Assembly: GCA_016201905.1 (NCBI GenBank)
Contig: JACQBQ010000018.1
Span: forward strand, 56,667 to 120,666
Source: Candidatus Melainabacteria bacterium
Lineage (GTDB): Bacteria; Cyanobacteriota; Vampirovibrionia; 2-02-FULL-35-15
DNA length: 64,000 bases
Direction of reading: 5' to 3'
Shown here: positions 39,005 through 49,221 of the stretch, piece by piece
How the letters are laid out: the number at the start of each line of letters is the position of its first letter
Numbering within the stretch: position 1 is the first letter of the stretch
The notes under the pieces: generated by a model
What the model saw: only the letters and a program-made list of their open reading frames with translations
Told to the model about the DNA's origin: nothing
The model's database searches: none
Made by a program: the position numbers and the translations under genes

Positions 39005-40492
39005 ATGACGGGATTTGGAAACAATTTATCGTTCAATATTTTGTCAGCCATAAAAAACATTGGCAAGCAGGCTAAAGAAGTGCTTAATAAGGAAATATTT
39101 AATAAAGCAAATCAGATTGAGCAAACTACCAAAAACATCCAGCAAGCTCAAGCTAATCTAAATCAGAATCCTGTTAATCAGAGTATAAGCCTGGCTGAAA
39201 ACCAGTCTACACTGTTGACTAATAATGCTGCAAGCCAGGCTGCTTTAAATACTTCAAATCAACCACAGACGAATTTAAACTCTGACATAAAAAATATTTC
39301 TAATATTCAAGTAAAACCAACACCATCACAAGCTGAATTTCAAGGACCTAAAGACTTGCCTGCTTATGCTGGCATTGCAAATATGTCATTGAAGTCATGG
39401 ATTGCTGGGCACGATAGCAAAAATCTTGTTAATGTGGAGCCGAGAGGAAAAGAGTTAACTACTACCCTTGAAGGGATTAAAGGATTTCAAAGACAAAACC
39501 AGGAAGGGTTTGATGGTGATTCTGAAAAAGGTAGAAATGCTAAGGGCTTAAAATTGCCTAACAGAAATAAAAATCTTCTTATTCTGTCACATATATTTTC
39601 AGATATTGAGCAATCTGGCTCACAGGAAACTGAATTGTTTGTCAATATCACTAATTTTAAAAAGTTGGGTTCATCCTTAAAAGAAAATGAAAGTAACTCT
39701 ACAGAGGAGGAACTATATTCTGACATTAAGTTGGCCCCTCCGTTACCAAATGAACTTCAGAAGCTAGATAGCCTGGATCCAACGCAGATAAAATATTTGC
39801 ACCAACTGCTAGCCTTACCTTCAGAATTTCCTGAATGCCTTAGGTTGTTTGCAAAAGATAACATTGAAATTAATCCCAGGGATTTAAATTCTTTTCTTAT
39901 GCAGAGGTTAGAACTTGCTCAAGGACAGATTTTTGGTGGAGACAAGTTTCTTAATAAAACAATTTCAGATTTTGTACCACTTTTAAAACATATAGATTTT
40001 CCTGTATTGCTTCCATTAATTTTACTTTATTATCCTTTGCCATTACCTAATATAAAAGAATTTGATTTTTTACATGAGTGGAGAAAAAAGAAAAAAGAAG
40101 CTAATAAAGATCTCGATATAATTGCGTCCTGCGAAATATACTACTTATCAAAAATACGAGGTAGATTCCTGCTTAAGTTTTTGCTAAATGAAAAGCAGGA
40201 ACTCTCTTTCGATGTTCAGACTTCTGCTGAGAATAATGGTATAGTTCAGGATTTGGAGGTGGCAGTTGCTGAAAGCATGTATTTGCTTGAAAAGCCTCCG
40301 CTGCTGACAGATTTAAATGTAATGTTAACTGAAGAAATTTATAAAGCTACAGACTTAGATGAAGAGTTGTCTATTGTGTCTACTGGTCCTTTAAGATTAG
40401 AAATTGTGCTGGCAGTATACGCTGTATTGATTGCTTTAAATAAGCTAAATGATGAACCAGATCCATCTGGTTTAATTGAAATGAATGATTAG
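39005..40492 (+). CDS. Hypothetical protein with Q/N-rich disordered N-terminus, possibly FliK/SctP-like
   Basis: Low-complexity N-half, compact C-domain, located after flhB and the sigma factor. Confidence 0.4.
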   Translation: MTGFGNNLSFNILSAIKNIGKQAKEVLNKEIFNKANQIEQTTKNIQQAQANLNQNPVNQSISLAENQSTLLTNNAASQAALNTSNQPQTNLNSDIKNISNIQVKPTPSQAEFQGPKDLPAYAGIANMSLKSWIAGHDSKNLVNVEPRGKELTTTLEGIKGFQRQNQEGFDGDSEKGRNAKGLKLPNRNKNLLILSHIFSDIEQSGSQETELFVNITNFKKLGSSLKENESNSTEEELYSDIKLAPPLPNELQKLDSLDPTQIKYLHQLLALPSEFPECLRLFAKDNIEINPRDLNSFLMQRLELAQGQIFGGDKFLNKTISDFVPLLKHIDFPVLLPLILLYYPLPLPNIKEFDFLHEWRKKKKEANKDLDIIASCEIYYLSKIRGRFLLKFLLNEKQELSFDVQTSAENNGIVQDLEVAVAESMYLLEKPPLLTDLNVMLTEEIYKATDLDEELSIVSTGPLRLEIVLAVYAVLIALNKLNDEPDPSGLIEMND

Positions 40493-40506
40493 AGACTGTA
40501 AAACTT

Positions 40507-41442
40507 CTAGTTTGATCTTAAGGATTTAAATTTATCGTCTTGATTTGATTTAAGCTTATATTCTTGCCATTCGTCAAAGTTATTAAATGCTTCTTTTGCA
40601 ACAGTATCATTTACTTTTGCATACCGCAAAGTTGTTCTGATGTCATTATGTCCGGCTAGTCTTTGCAACACAAATGAATCAATATGTCCTGCTCTTTCAG
40701 TGCAAAAGGTGTGTCTTAATTGGTGAATGGTAATTTGAGTGTTGTCGGAATTTAAAATATTTCTTGCAGCTTCCATAAACAACTGTCTTGCTCTTGCATA
40801 TGATAGCCTTTGTCCATGAGTTGTTACAAAAAGTGGACCGCTGCTTGGGTTTCCTCTTTCTTCTAAGTATTGAATTAATAATTTTTCTGTTTGTTTACTT
40901 AAATATGCTTGACGCGGTTGATTTCCTTTACCTTGTTTGATATGTATAGTGCCGTCATGAATGTCTTGGATATTTAAGTCTAATGCTTCACTTATTCTGG
41001 TACCGCTTGTATATAGCAGAGTAAACAACAGTCTTTCTCTAGTTGTTTGAGCATTTTTAAGTAATTTCTCTACTTGCTCTTTCCTTAAAGATCTTATAAT
41101 TGAGCCTGGTGTTACTTCACCCATATCTTTGTTAGGCCTTCTCCTTGGAAGATTTTCCATGGGGTTTTCTTCAATTAATTTCTCCTGAAGGCACCATTCG
41201 AAAAATCTGTGCAATGATGCATAGTGCCTGTTTTGAGTTGCAAGTGAAACTCTTTGTCCATATTTTGAAGTCAAATTGTCCAAATAGTTTTTTAATGTGT
41301 CTTTTGTTATGCTGTTTAAAGGAATATTTTCTAAGGTTTTTTCAAATCTATGTAGGTCAATTGTATAAGCTCGAAGCGTATCCCCATCTAAATTCAGACT
41401 TGATAAATATCTTGTTGTTGATTCAAAAAGTTCTATTTGCAT
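40507..41442 (-). CDS. Tyrosine recombinase (Xer/integrase family) with an intact active site
   Basis: TSGTRISE, GKG, HQLRH, LAGH..IRTT.RY. Confidence 0.92.
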   Translation of the reverse strand: MQIELFESTTRYLSSLNLDGDTLRAYTIDLHRFEKTLENIPLNSITKDTLKNYLDNLTSKYGQRVSLATQNRHYASLHRFFEWCLQEKLIEENPMENLPRRRPNKDMGEVTPGSIIRSLRKEQVEKLLKNAQTTRERLLFTLLYTSGTRISEALDLNIQDIHDGTIHIKQGKGNQPRQAYLSKQTEKLLIQYLEERGNPSSGPLFVTTHGQRLSYARARQLFMEAARNILNSDNTQITIHQLRHTFCTERAGHIDSFVLQRLAGHNDIRTTLRYAKVNDTVAKEAFNNFDEWQEYKLKSNQDDKFKSLRSN

Positions 41443-41551
41443 AATTGCTTTTTATTTGAAACATTTATCTTAGACGGAAAACAAGGTAAATTAAGTTCCG
41501 AAAGGTTTACAAGTTAAATGTTATCTGAAGCTTATTGGATTCATTTATATG

Positions 41552-42847
41552 TTAAACAGCTGAGATAACCTGCTTATATACAGCTAAGGTCTTTTTTATA
41601 TCTTCTTCTTTATGAGAAGTGGATATGAAATTTGCTTCAAATTGGCTGGGTGCTAAGTAAATCCCATTCTGTAACATATTCTGAAAAAATTTAGTAAAAA
41701 TTTTTGTGTTGGATTTCTTTGAACTTGCATAGTCATAAACTCTGGTTCCTGTAAAAAAGATAGTAAACATTGAGCCAACCCTGTTTATTTGTACTTTGTT
41801 GTTAGTTTCTTCATTGATTTCTTTTATACTTTCGCATAAAAGCGATGAAATACTTTCCAGGTAAGTATAGGTCTCTTCATTTAGCATGTTTAAAGTTGCA
41901 ATGCCACAAGCAACAGATATTGGGTTTCCGGATAGTGTACCAGCTTGGTAGACAGGTCCTAATGGTGCTAAAAGTTCCATAATTTCTTTTTTCCCACCTA
42001 CAGCGCCTATTGGCATGCCACCACCAATAATTTTTCCAAGTATTGTTAGATCAGGAATTATTTTATAGATATTTTGTGCTCCACCTAATGCTAGTCTAAA
42101 GCCAGTTATTACTTCATCAAAGATAAGTAAGCAGTTATGTTTTTTTGTTAGTTCTCTTAATGATTTTAAAAAGTTAGCTTCTGGTGGTATTACTCCAGAA
42201 TTTCCTACTACTGGCTCAACTATAACTGCAGCAACTTCTTTTGGAAACTTGCTGATTGTCATTTCTACATTATGAAAATTGTTAAATGGAAGAGTAATTG
42301 TTTCACTTGCTGTATTTTTAGTAACACCTGCACAAGATGGCAGCCCAAGAGTTGCAATGCCTGATCCACTGTTTGAAAGAACTGAATCTGAGTGACCGTG
42401 ATAACAGCCTGAGAATTTAATTATTTTATTCCTTTTTGTAAAGGCTCTTGCCAAGCGTAATGCTGTCATAACTGCCTCTGTACCAGAATTTACAAGTCTA
42501 ATTCTTTCAATACTTGGCATGTGCTTAATTATTATCTCTGCCAGTTCTATTTCATTTTCATGTGATGCACCGTAACTGATTCCTTTTGCTAGTGCGTTCT
42601 CTATAGCTTCAGTAGCTTCAGGATGTGCATGTCCGTGTATTAAAGGACCCCATGAGCAAACATAATCTATATATTTATTTTGATCTGCATCCCAAATATA
42701 AGATCCTTTGGCCTTAGTAATAAATAAAGGTTCTGATTCAACTGCTTTAAAAGATCTAACAGGAGAATTTACTCCACCTGGTATTAATTCACATGCTCTT
42801 TTGTAAAGTTCTTTGGATTTTTTTGTGTTGGTTAGAACATCTTGCAT
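41552..42847 (-). CDS. hemL: Glutamate-1-semialdehyde 2,1-aminomutase
   Basis: PGGVNSPVR, VNSGTEA, FDEVITGFR, GKIIGGG.P, YQAGTLSGNP. Confidence 0.97.
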   Translation of the reverse strand: MQDVLTNTKKSKELYKRACELIPGGVNSPVRSFKAVESEPLFITKAKGSYIWDADQNKYIDYVCSWGPLIHGHAHPEATEAIENALAKGISYGASHENEIELAEIIIKHMPSIERIRLVNSGTEAVMTALRLARAFTKRNKIIKFSGCYHGHSDSVLSNSGSGIATLGLPSCAGVTKNTASETITLPFNNFHNVEMTISKFPKEVAAVIVEPVVGNSGVIPPEANFLKSLRELTKKHNCLLIFDEVITGFRLALGGAQNIYKIIPDLTILGKIIGGGMPIGAVGGKKEIMELLAPLGPVYQAGTLSGNPISVACGIATLNMLNEETYTYLESISSLLCESIKEINEETNNKVQINRVGSMFTIFFTGTRVYDYASSKKSNTKIFTKFFQNMLQNGIYLAPSQFEANFISTSHKEEDIKKTLAVYKQVISAV

Positions 42848-42860
42848 TTTTTTTTGTATT

Positions 42861-43556
42861 TTATTGTGTAGAAACTAAGATCATCTTTACTGGATTTGAT
42901 GGCCTGTCGCTTCCTGGGTATACAGGCTTAGAATCTTTTGCAATCTTTTTTACTGTTTCAAAAGTATCATCAGTGACTTGGCCAAATACAGTATAGCCAT
43001 ATGGGTCTACACCACCGGGATCTAAAGAAGGAAGGGCTTGTAATGCAATAAAAAACTGGCAGCTTGCGCTGTTTGGAGCAGAAGTTCTTGCCATTCCTAC
43101 TCTTCCTGCTCTATCAAATTTTAAATTTGGATTTGTCTCAAGCTTTATAAATCTTGGTTTTCCAGTATCTGGATCTATATAATTTCCTGTTCCATCCCCA
43201 ATGGGATCGCCTCCCTGAATTACAAAATTTTCTACTACCCGGTGAAAAATAGTACCGTTATAAAATCCTTTTTTAATAAGTTCAATAAAATTGTTTGTAG
43301 TAATAGGGGCTTCTTTTGTAAAGAGTTTAATTTTAATAATTCCTTTATCGGTTTGAATTGTTACTGTACCGCTTGTTTGGTTTTCATTTTGAACCACAAG
43401 TGATTCGTTTTTAATTGTTTGGTCTTTTTTTATTGTTGCAGTTCCTTGTTTTTGACTTGTTTCTTTTTTATTTTTTTCTTGAGCATTAGTAAGGAGATTG
43501 GAAGAAAAAACTGTAAATATTGTTATTAAGGCAAAGTACTTAATGTATTTTTTCAT
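42861..43556 (-). CDS. Cyclophilin-type peptidyl-prolyl isomerase, secreted
   Basis: AP.T..NF, FHRVV..FVIQGGDP, SAS.QFFI, Y.VFG.V; signal peptide. Confidence 0.92.
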   Translation of the reverse strand: MKKYIKYFALITIFTVFSSNLLTNAQEKNKKETSQKQGTATIKKDQTIKNESLVVQNENQTSGTVTIQTDKGIIKIKLFTKEAPITTNNFIELIKKGFYNGTIFHRVVENFVIQGGDPIGDGTGNYIDPDTGKPRFIKLETNPNLKFDRAGRVGMARTSAPNSASCQFFIALQALPSLDPGGVDPYGYTVFGQVTDDTFETVKKIAKDSKPVYPGSDRPSNPVKMILVSTQ

Positions 43557-43582
43557 ATTCCTTTATCTTTTAAATCTTCTAA

Positions 43583-43999
43583 TCATGGAGTTACTTCAAC
43601 TAATTTACCTTCTTCAGGGATTACTTCTTTTGGTAAACTGGCAGCCTGTGAAGCAAATAAATTCTCTTTAAGCTTTGTAGCTTTTCCTGCTCTTTCTCTC
43701 AAATAGTAAAGCTTGGCACGTCTTGATTTTCCTGATCTAAGAACTTCTACTTTTTCTATTTTTGGTGAGTGAAGGAAAAATACTCTTTCAACTCCAACTC
43801 CCTGAAATACTCTTCTTACTGTAAACGTTTTATTTAATCCACCACCTTTAATCTTTATGATAGTACCTTCATAGTTCTGACTTCTTTCTTTAGTCCCTTC
43901 TTTAATTCTTACGGTAACCTTAACAGTATCCCCAACATGAATATTATGCAGTTCTTTTTTTATATTCTTTGATATAAGCTCTGTAATCTTAGGGTTCAT
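43583..43999 (-). CDS. rplS: 50S ribosomal protein L19
   Basis: [29 protein letters not shown]. Confidence 0.97.
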   Translation of the reverse strand: MNPKITELISKNIKKELHNIHVGDTVKVTVRIKEGTKERSQNYEGTIIKIKGGGLNKTFTVRRVFQGVGVERVFFLHSPKIEKVEVLRSGKSRRAKLYYLRERAGKATKLKENLFASQAASLPKEVIPEEGKLVEVTP

Positions 44000-44143
44000 T
44001 CTTAATCCTCAAATTTTTTAAAAAGCAGGCTTTGATTGTATCATGGAAGACATAATTCTGAGATTCATTGCTTAGCTTGAAAAACGCTTAATTTGTCTTG
44101 GCGATTTTTATTATACAGAAGCGAGTATCTGGCAAAGATAAGC

Positions 44144-44490
44144 TCACTTAAATAATTTAATTACCAGCTTTGCAAAAAAACCAATTATTGAGTACAAAAA
44201 CAACTGATAAATTAATTTAAAAACGTTATCAATTTTTTTTAGATTCATATCTGCAGGCAGTGAACTAATGCCTGATTTTATGTAATTCATGACAGGGATG
44301 CCACCTCCATTTCTAATAAAAAATTTTATAAGTTCCATAGGTTTTAAATTTTCTAAAATTGTCTTAATTAACTCCTTTAAAGTCTAACGTATATTGATAA
44401 TAGTATAAATTCCCAAGTCGTCAATTCTTTGAAATGTAAAGTTTTTAAACTTCTCTATATTCTCATATTTTTCTTAATAACCATTGATTA
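44144..44490 (-). pseudogene. Possible degraded gene remnant
   Basis: The frame of the 64-aa ORF continues upstream through in-frame TAG and TAA stops; no recognisable family. Confidence 0.25.
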
Positions 44491-44566
44491 ATTCATATTG
44501 ACTCCTGTAATTTGATGTTTATAAGCCTTTGTCTTTGATAATTCAGAAATTCAAATTTTTCAATAA

Positions 44567-45265
44567 ATGAAAAAGAATAAGTTAATAGAGTTTGACTCCT
44601 TATATACACAAAGCTTTACTGGCTTTTATTTTATTGGAATTGATGAGGTAGGTAGGGGAGCACTGGCTGGACCAGTTATAGCGTGTGCATTTTCCTGGAA
44701 AAAAAAACTAGATTTTTTGCTTGTTGGATCAAATAAGTCATTATTAGAATTAAATGATTCAAAACAGTTGAGTAAAGAACAGAGGGAAAAACTTTACCCC
44801 TTGCTTTTAAAGCTTGGAGATTTTGGTTTGGGCTATGCATCAGTGCAGGAAATAGAAAAATTAAATGTTTTAAATGCAACATTTTTAGCCATGAAAAGAG
44901 CATATGACAATTTATCGATAAGCAGAGATGAAAGAGACTTAAAGCCTTATCTTTTAGTTGATGGAAATAAATTTAATCCATATATAAACTGTCGCCAGTC
45001 TTGCATTACTCATGGTGATGCCAAATCGTCTTTAATTGCAAGTGCATCTATTATTGCAAAAGTTTATAGGGACTTACTTATGCGGAAAATTTCAAAATTA
45101 AAAAGATGTAAAAAATTTGGCTGGGATAAAAATAAAGGCTATGGAACTTTGTTCCATAGAAAAGCCATCAAAAAGCATGGCATAACTCCTTTACACAGGA
45201 AATTGTTTGTAAGAAAAGTATTTGCTAGATTAGAATTTAGTAAAGCAAAAATCAAATCACTGTAA
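44567..45265 (+). CDS. rnhB: Ribonuclease HII
   Basis: GIDEVGRGALAGPV, DSK.L, LVDG, ASIIAKV.RD, NKGYGT..H. Confidence 0.95.
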   Translation: MKKNKLIEFDSLYTQSFTGFYFIGIDEVGRGALAGPVIACAFSWKKKLDFLLVGSNKSLLELNDSKQLSKEQREKLYPLLLKLGDFGLGYASVQEIEKLNVLNATFLAMKRAYDNLSISRDERDLKPYLLVDGNKFNPYINCRQSCITHGDAKSSLIASASIIAKVYRDLLMRKISKLKRCKKFGWDKNKGYGTLFHRKAIKKHGITPLHRKLFVRKVFARLEFSKAKIKSL

Positions 45266-46762
45266 AAGACTCATTGCCCTTAAAAGGGCTCCACCTTTTC
45301 TAAGAGTTTCTTGATATTCGTTTTCAGGATCAGAATCTGCAACAATGCCTCCACCTGCCTGAATCTCAAGATGATCTCTGTAAATAACAAATGTTCGTAT
45401 TGTCATGCAGGTATTTATCGTATTATTTAATCCAAATAAACCTGTGCAACCGCCATAAGGTCCTCTTTGATCTTTTTCTAGTTCGTTTATTATTTCTAGA
45501 GCTCGTACTTTTGGGGCACCACTTAACGTGCCAGCAGGAAATGAGGCACATAAAAGATCTATAGCTGTTTTATCTTTTTTTAAATTTCCTTCGACCAGAC
45601 TCACCATGTGTAAAACGTGTGAATATTTTTCAATGATCATAAGTTCGCATACATTTACTGATCCTGTTTCACAGACTCTTCCTAAATCATTCCTTGCAAG
45701 ATCAACCAGCATTAAATGTTCAGCTCTTTCTTTTGGATCACCTAATAGTTTTGAAATGTTATGTAGATCTTCAACTTCATCTTTTCCTCTTGGATAAGTT
45801 CCGGCAATAGGTCTTAAAGAAGCTACTTTAGTTAAGCCGCGATCTTCACATTTAACCATTACCTCAGGAGATGAACCAGCAATTTCAAAATCGTTAAAGT
45901 TTAGATAAAAAAGATATGGAGAAGGATTTATACTTCTTAGTGCTCTGTATAGCAATAAACCATTGTGGTTCCCACGAACAGTAAGTTTTTGTGAAGGTAC
46001 TACCTGAAAAATATCACCACTTCTTATGTATTCTTTTGCTTTAATGACCATTTTTATGTAGTCTTCTTTTTTGTAATTACTGGTATATGAAACTTCTGTT
46101 GTATTCTTACTGTAGTTTATAGATAGTGGTGCTACATTCTTTGATTTGCCAAAATCTGTTAATAAGGTTTCCAGCTTTGACTTTGCTTCCTTGTGTTTTT
46201 CTTTAATGTCGTTTTCACTCTTGGCAAAAGTAATTGAAATTAGATTTACTTTATGTAAAATGTGATCAAAGATTACAAGTTTTCCTGGCAGCATTAAACA
46301 AACATCAGGTACCTTTTTGCAAGGATTAAATTTAGTTTTTGGTTCAATCCATCTGATATTTTCATAACCAAAATAACCTACAAATCCCAAGAATCTTTCA
46401 TTTCCATTGTCAAGTACATTGAAATCTTTTAATAAATTATTTAATGCTGTAAATGGGTTATCTTCTAATTGTAGTTTTTGACCATCTGTAAAATTATCTA
46501 AATAAGTTTTGTTATCTCTGTTTGTGAATAACAAAATTGGTTCTGTACCAATTATTGAATATCTGCCTAACTTTTCATTTCCTTCTACAGATTCAAGTAG
46601 AAATGAATATGGTTTTTTTTCGCAGAGTTTATAAAATGTGCTGACAGGTGTATCTAGATCAGCTAGTAACTCAAGGTTAGCAGTTATGATATAAGGCCCA
46701 ATTTTTTTATGACTACCAGTCGTGGATTGGCTTGATTTGGTTTCATTGGATTTCAGGTTCAT
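45257..46762 (-). CDS. trpE: Anthranilate synthase component I
   Basis: LLES, GDIFQVV.S, NPSPY, PIAGT.PRG, KE.AEH.MLVDLARNDLG, PAGTLSGAPK. Confidence 0.93.
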   Translation of the reverse strand: MNLKSNETKSSQSTTGSHKKIGPYIITANLELLADLDTPVSTFYKLCEKKPYSFLLESVEGNEKLGRYSIIGTEPILLFTNRDNKTYLDNFTDGQKLQLEDNPFTALNNLLKDFNVLDNGNERFLGFVGYFGYENIRWIEPKTKFNPCKKVPDVCLMLPGKLVIFDHILHKVNLISITFAKSENDIKEKHKEAKSKLETLLTDFGKSKNVAPLSINYSKNTTEVSYTSNYKKEDYIKMVIKAKEYIRSGDIFQVVPSQKLTVRGNHNGLLLYRALRSINPSPYLFYLNFNDFEIAGSSPEVMVKCEDRGLTKVASLRPIAGTYPRGKDEVEDLHNISKLLGDPKERAEHLMLVDLARNDLGRVCETGSVNVCELMIIEKYSHVLHMVSLVEGNLKKDKTAIDLLCASFPAGTLSGAPKVRALEIINELEKDQRGPYGGCTGLFGLNNTINTCMTIRTFVIYRDHLEIQAGGGIVADSDPENEYQETLRKGGALLRAMSLLQ

Positions 46763-46787
46763 CTCATATATTGTACAATTAGCATTT

Positions 46788-47210
46788 GTGAAGAACTTTT
46801 TATCTTTGAATCGTTTAGTAGTATTTTTTCTTGGTTTAGGCTTTTTAGTGCTTGCATTTGAAATCTACCTCCAGCATTATGAGCTATTGTCAGCTAAAAA
46901 GATAATGTGGACTCCTATAGTTTTTGGAACAGTTGGAGGACTAATTACTATTTTAATCGCGCTCATTTTTAACAAAACAACTTATTATTTATTTTTTGCT
47001 TTAATGATCATTTCAATTTTTGTAGGAACTTTAGGTTTATATCTTCATAACAGGTGGAGATTTCCTGCTTTTGCTGGTTTTCTATTTCATGAAAAACCGT
47101 TTGATTTCAGTATTTTAACTTCATATACTCCATTGCTTGCACCTTCAGCTTTTATTGCAATGGGAGGACTTGGTATTTTGATAGCTATTTATGATAGGTG
47201 GGGTGATTAA
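46788..47210 (+). CDS. Hypothetical membrane protein
   Basis: Four hydrophobic segments with His residues and PLLAP; GTG at 46788 avoids overlap with trpE. Confidence 0.7.
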   Translation: MKNFLSLNRLVVFFLGLGFLVLAFEIYLQHYELLSAKKIMWTPIVFGTVGGLITILIALIFNKTTYYLFFALMIISIFVGTLGLYLHNRWRFPAFAGFLFHEKPFDFSILTSYTPLLAPSAFIAMGGLGILIAIYDRWGD

Positions 47211-47279
47211 AAGTAGAATTTGTATGTTGTTAAATACGTTAAAATCTAAAACAGAAAGAAAAGAAAGGGTGAAATTGAT

Positions 47280-47807
47280 ATGTCAAAAAATAAAAAAGTT
47301 GCAATTATAGTAGATCAATTATTTCAAGATTCAGAAGTAACTGACCCAAAAGAAAAAGTAGAAAACGCAGGTTTTAAAGTTGAAATAATTGGACCTAATA
47401 CTACCGAAGAGTACATTGGTAAAAAAGGCACAAAAATTAAAGCTGATAAATCAATTGATGATGTTTCAGCAGGTGATTATATTGGGCTTGTAATTCCAGG
47501 TGGTTGGGCACCGGATAAAATGCGGATGAATATAAAGATGGTTAAACTCATAGAAGAAATAAACGCAAAAAATAAGCCGATAGCCTGTATTTGTCACGGT
47601 GGTTCCATGCTTGTTGAAGCTGATGTCGTAAAAGGTAAGAGATTAACCAGTTATGCAAGCATAAGAACTGATCTTATTAATGCAGGAGCAAGGTGGAGTG
47701 ACAAGGAAGTTGTGGTAGATGGGAATTTGATTACATCAAGAACACCGGCTGACTTGCCTGCTTTTTGTGCAGAATTTTTGAAAGTACTTTCACTGATAGA
47801 AGTTTAA
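47280..47807 (+). CDS. PfpI/DJ-1 family protein
   Basis: F.D.E...P, IPGG.APD..R, ICHG, VVVDGNLITSR.P.DL. Confidence 0.93.
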   Translation: MSKNKKVAIIVDQLFQDSEVTDPKEKVENAGFKVEIIGPNTTEEYIGKKGTKIKADKSIDDVSAGDYIGLVIPGGWAPDKMRMNIKMVKLIEEINAKNKPIACICHGGSMLVEADVVKGKRLTSYASIRTDLINAGARWSDKEVVVDGNLITSRTPADLPAFCAEFLKVLSLIEV

Positions 47808-47809
47808 TG

Positions 47810-48037
47810 CTATCCCCCGCCTACAAATGTTACAATCTCTATTTCATCTTTTTCATTTAAGATGACAGACTGAAAGCTTTCCTTTTTTAAAATAACCTTG
47901 TTTAGCTCTATAACAACTCTACCGTTATTAATTTTGTATGTTTCTAACAGTTCTAAAATAGAAATATTTTGAGGAATAAATTTGTTTTCACCATTAATTT
48001 TAATTAAAACTTTTGAAGTACTTGAATCTGTTTTCAT
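47810..48037 (-). CDS. thiS: Sulfur carrier protein ThiS
   Basis: INGE, V.IELN, D.IEIVTFVGGG C-terminus. Confidence 0.92.
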   Translation of the reverse strand: MKTDSSTSKVLIKINGENKFIPQNISILELLETYKINNGRVVIELNKVILKKESFQSVILNEKDEIEIVTFVGGG

Positions 48038-49196
48038 TTTTTTGTTTCCATTTGCTCTTGTTATGTCTATTACTTTTACGGGTATTTTGGTTTATTTGGG
48101 TGCATTTGTTTTTGTTATCCTACTTATTCTAAAGCAAAAGGAAAAAATTAATTTAGGTGAAGGGATACCATGGCATGTCTCGTGTTTTTTAATTTACATT
48201 TTTGCATTTACGATTAGCAAGTTCGTTAACTCTGGTCTTGAAGGTGGCTTTAACACTTTTTCACGAACCTCTCAGGATTATTTTATTTTCTTATGGATAT
48301 TCTTCTTTGTAAGTAAGTCGAATAAAAACCAAAAGCTGGTAATCTCTGCGATTTTAGCAGCTTCTTTAGTTTCAGTTGCTTATGGACTGCTTCAATTTTT
48401 TCATATGGACTTTTTTCACAGACAGTCACATGTTGACAGGTTATCCGGATTTCATAAAAATCCGTATTCATATGGTGGACAGTTAATTATTCTTTTCTTT
48501 TTCTTGTTAAATTACTATAAAGATAAAATTAGCAAAATTTACCCCCTTTTGATTTTAGCGGCATGTTTGTTTTGCATTTTAAATACTTCTGAAAGAGCAG
48601 TAATTTTTGCTGTTATAGCTGGAACAATGTTTTATTTCCTTGTACAGAAAGTAAAAAAAGAAAAGCTTCTTCTTTTGGCAGTGCTATTTTCTATCCCTGC
48701 TTTTCTTACCAGTTTTTATAATAAGAAAGTTTTAAAAAGGGTAAAGAGTGTGCTCTTGCCTAGTAAGCATTCCAGCCCGAATGTTAGATTTAAGCTTTGG
48801 GAAATCGCATTTAGTATTTGGAGGAGAAATATAATTTTTGGAGTCGGAAAATTTCCGACTGTTTACCATGATGTGGGGTGTTCATTTCCTGTACAGGTTT
48901 TAACACATGCTCATAATGTTTACTTGCAAGTCTTGGTTACACACGGTTTAATTGGACTTTTGGCTTACTTGAATCTGTTTTTTATGATTCTAAAAAATCT
49001 TGCCACGAGCTTAAAAAATAACCAGTACGCTTTATGTCTTATGACAGTAATTTTGGCTCTATTTATAGAAGGTTTTTTTGAATATTTTTGGGGAGATAGT
49101 GAAGTTAGATATTTATTCCTTTACTTTACAGGCTTTGTGTCTGGAACAATATCAAATAATTTCGAAAATAAAGAAAAAACGAAGGAAAAAGTGTAA
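47982..49196 (+). CDS. O-antigen ligase family protein
   Basis: RLSGF..NP, T.ERA, R..LW, FGVG, HAHN.YLQ. Confidence 0.85.
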   Translation: MFSPLILIKTFEVLESVFIFLFPFALVMSITFTGILVYLGAFVFVILLILKQKEKINLGEGIPWHVSCFLIYIFAFTISKFVNSGLEGGFNTFSRTSQDYFIFLWIFFFVSKSNKNQKLVISAILAASLVSVAYGLLQFFHMDFFHRQSHVDRLSGFHKNPYSYGGQLIILFFFLLNYYKDKISKIYPLLILAACLFCILNTSERAVIFAVIAGTMFYFLVQKVKKEKLLLLAVLFSIPAFLTSFYNKKVLKRVKSVLLPSKHSSPNVRFKLWEIAFSIWRRNIIFGVGKFPTVYHDVGCSFPVQVLTHAHNVYLQVLVTHGLIGLLAYLNLFFMILKNLATSLKNNQYALCLMTVILALFIEGFFEYFWGDSEVRYLFLYFTGFVSGTISNNFENKEKTKEKV

Positions 49197-49221
49197 AATA
49201 GGTGTCGAAAACAAATTCCCC

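Noticed and set aside
40507-41442. Prophage or integrative element around the integrase
   Set aside because: Flanked by housekeeping and flagellar-type genes; no att repeats, tRNA target or cargo seen
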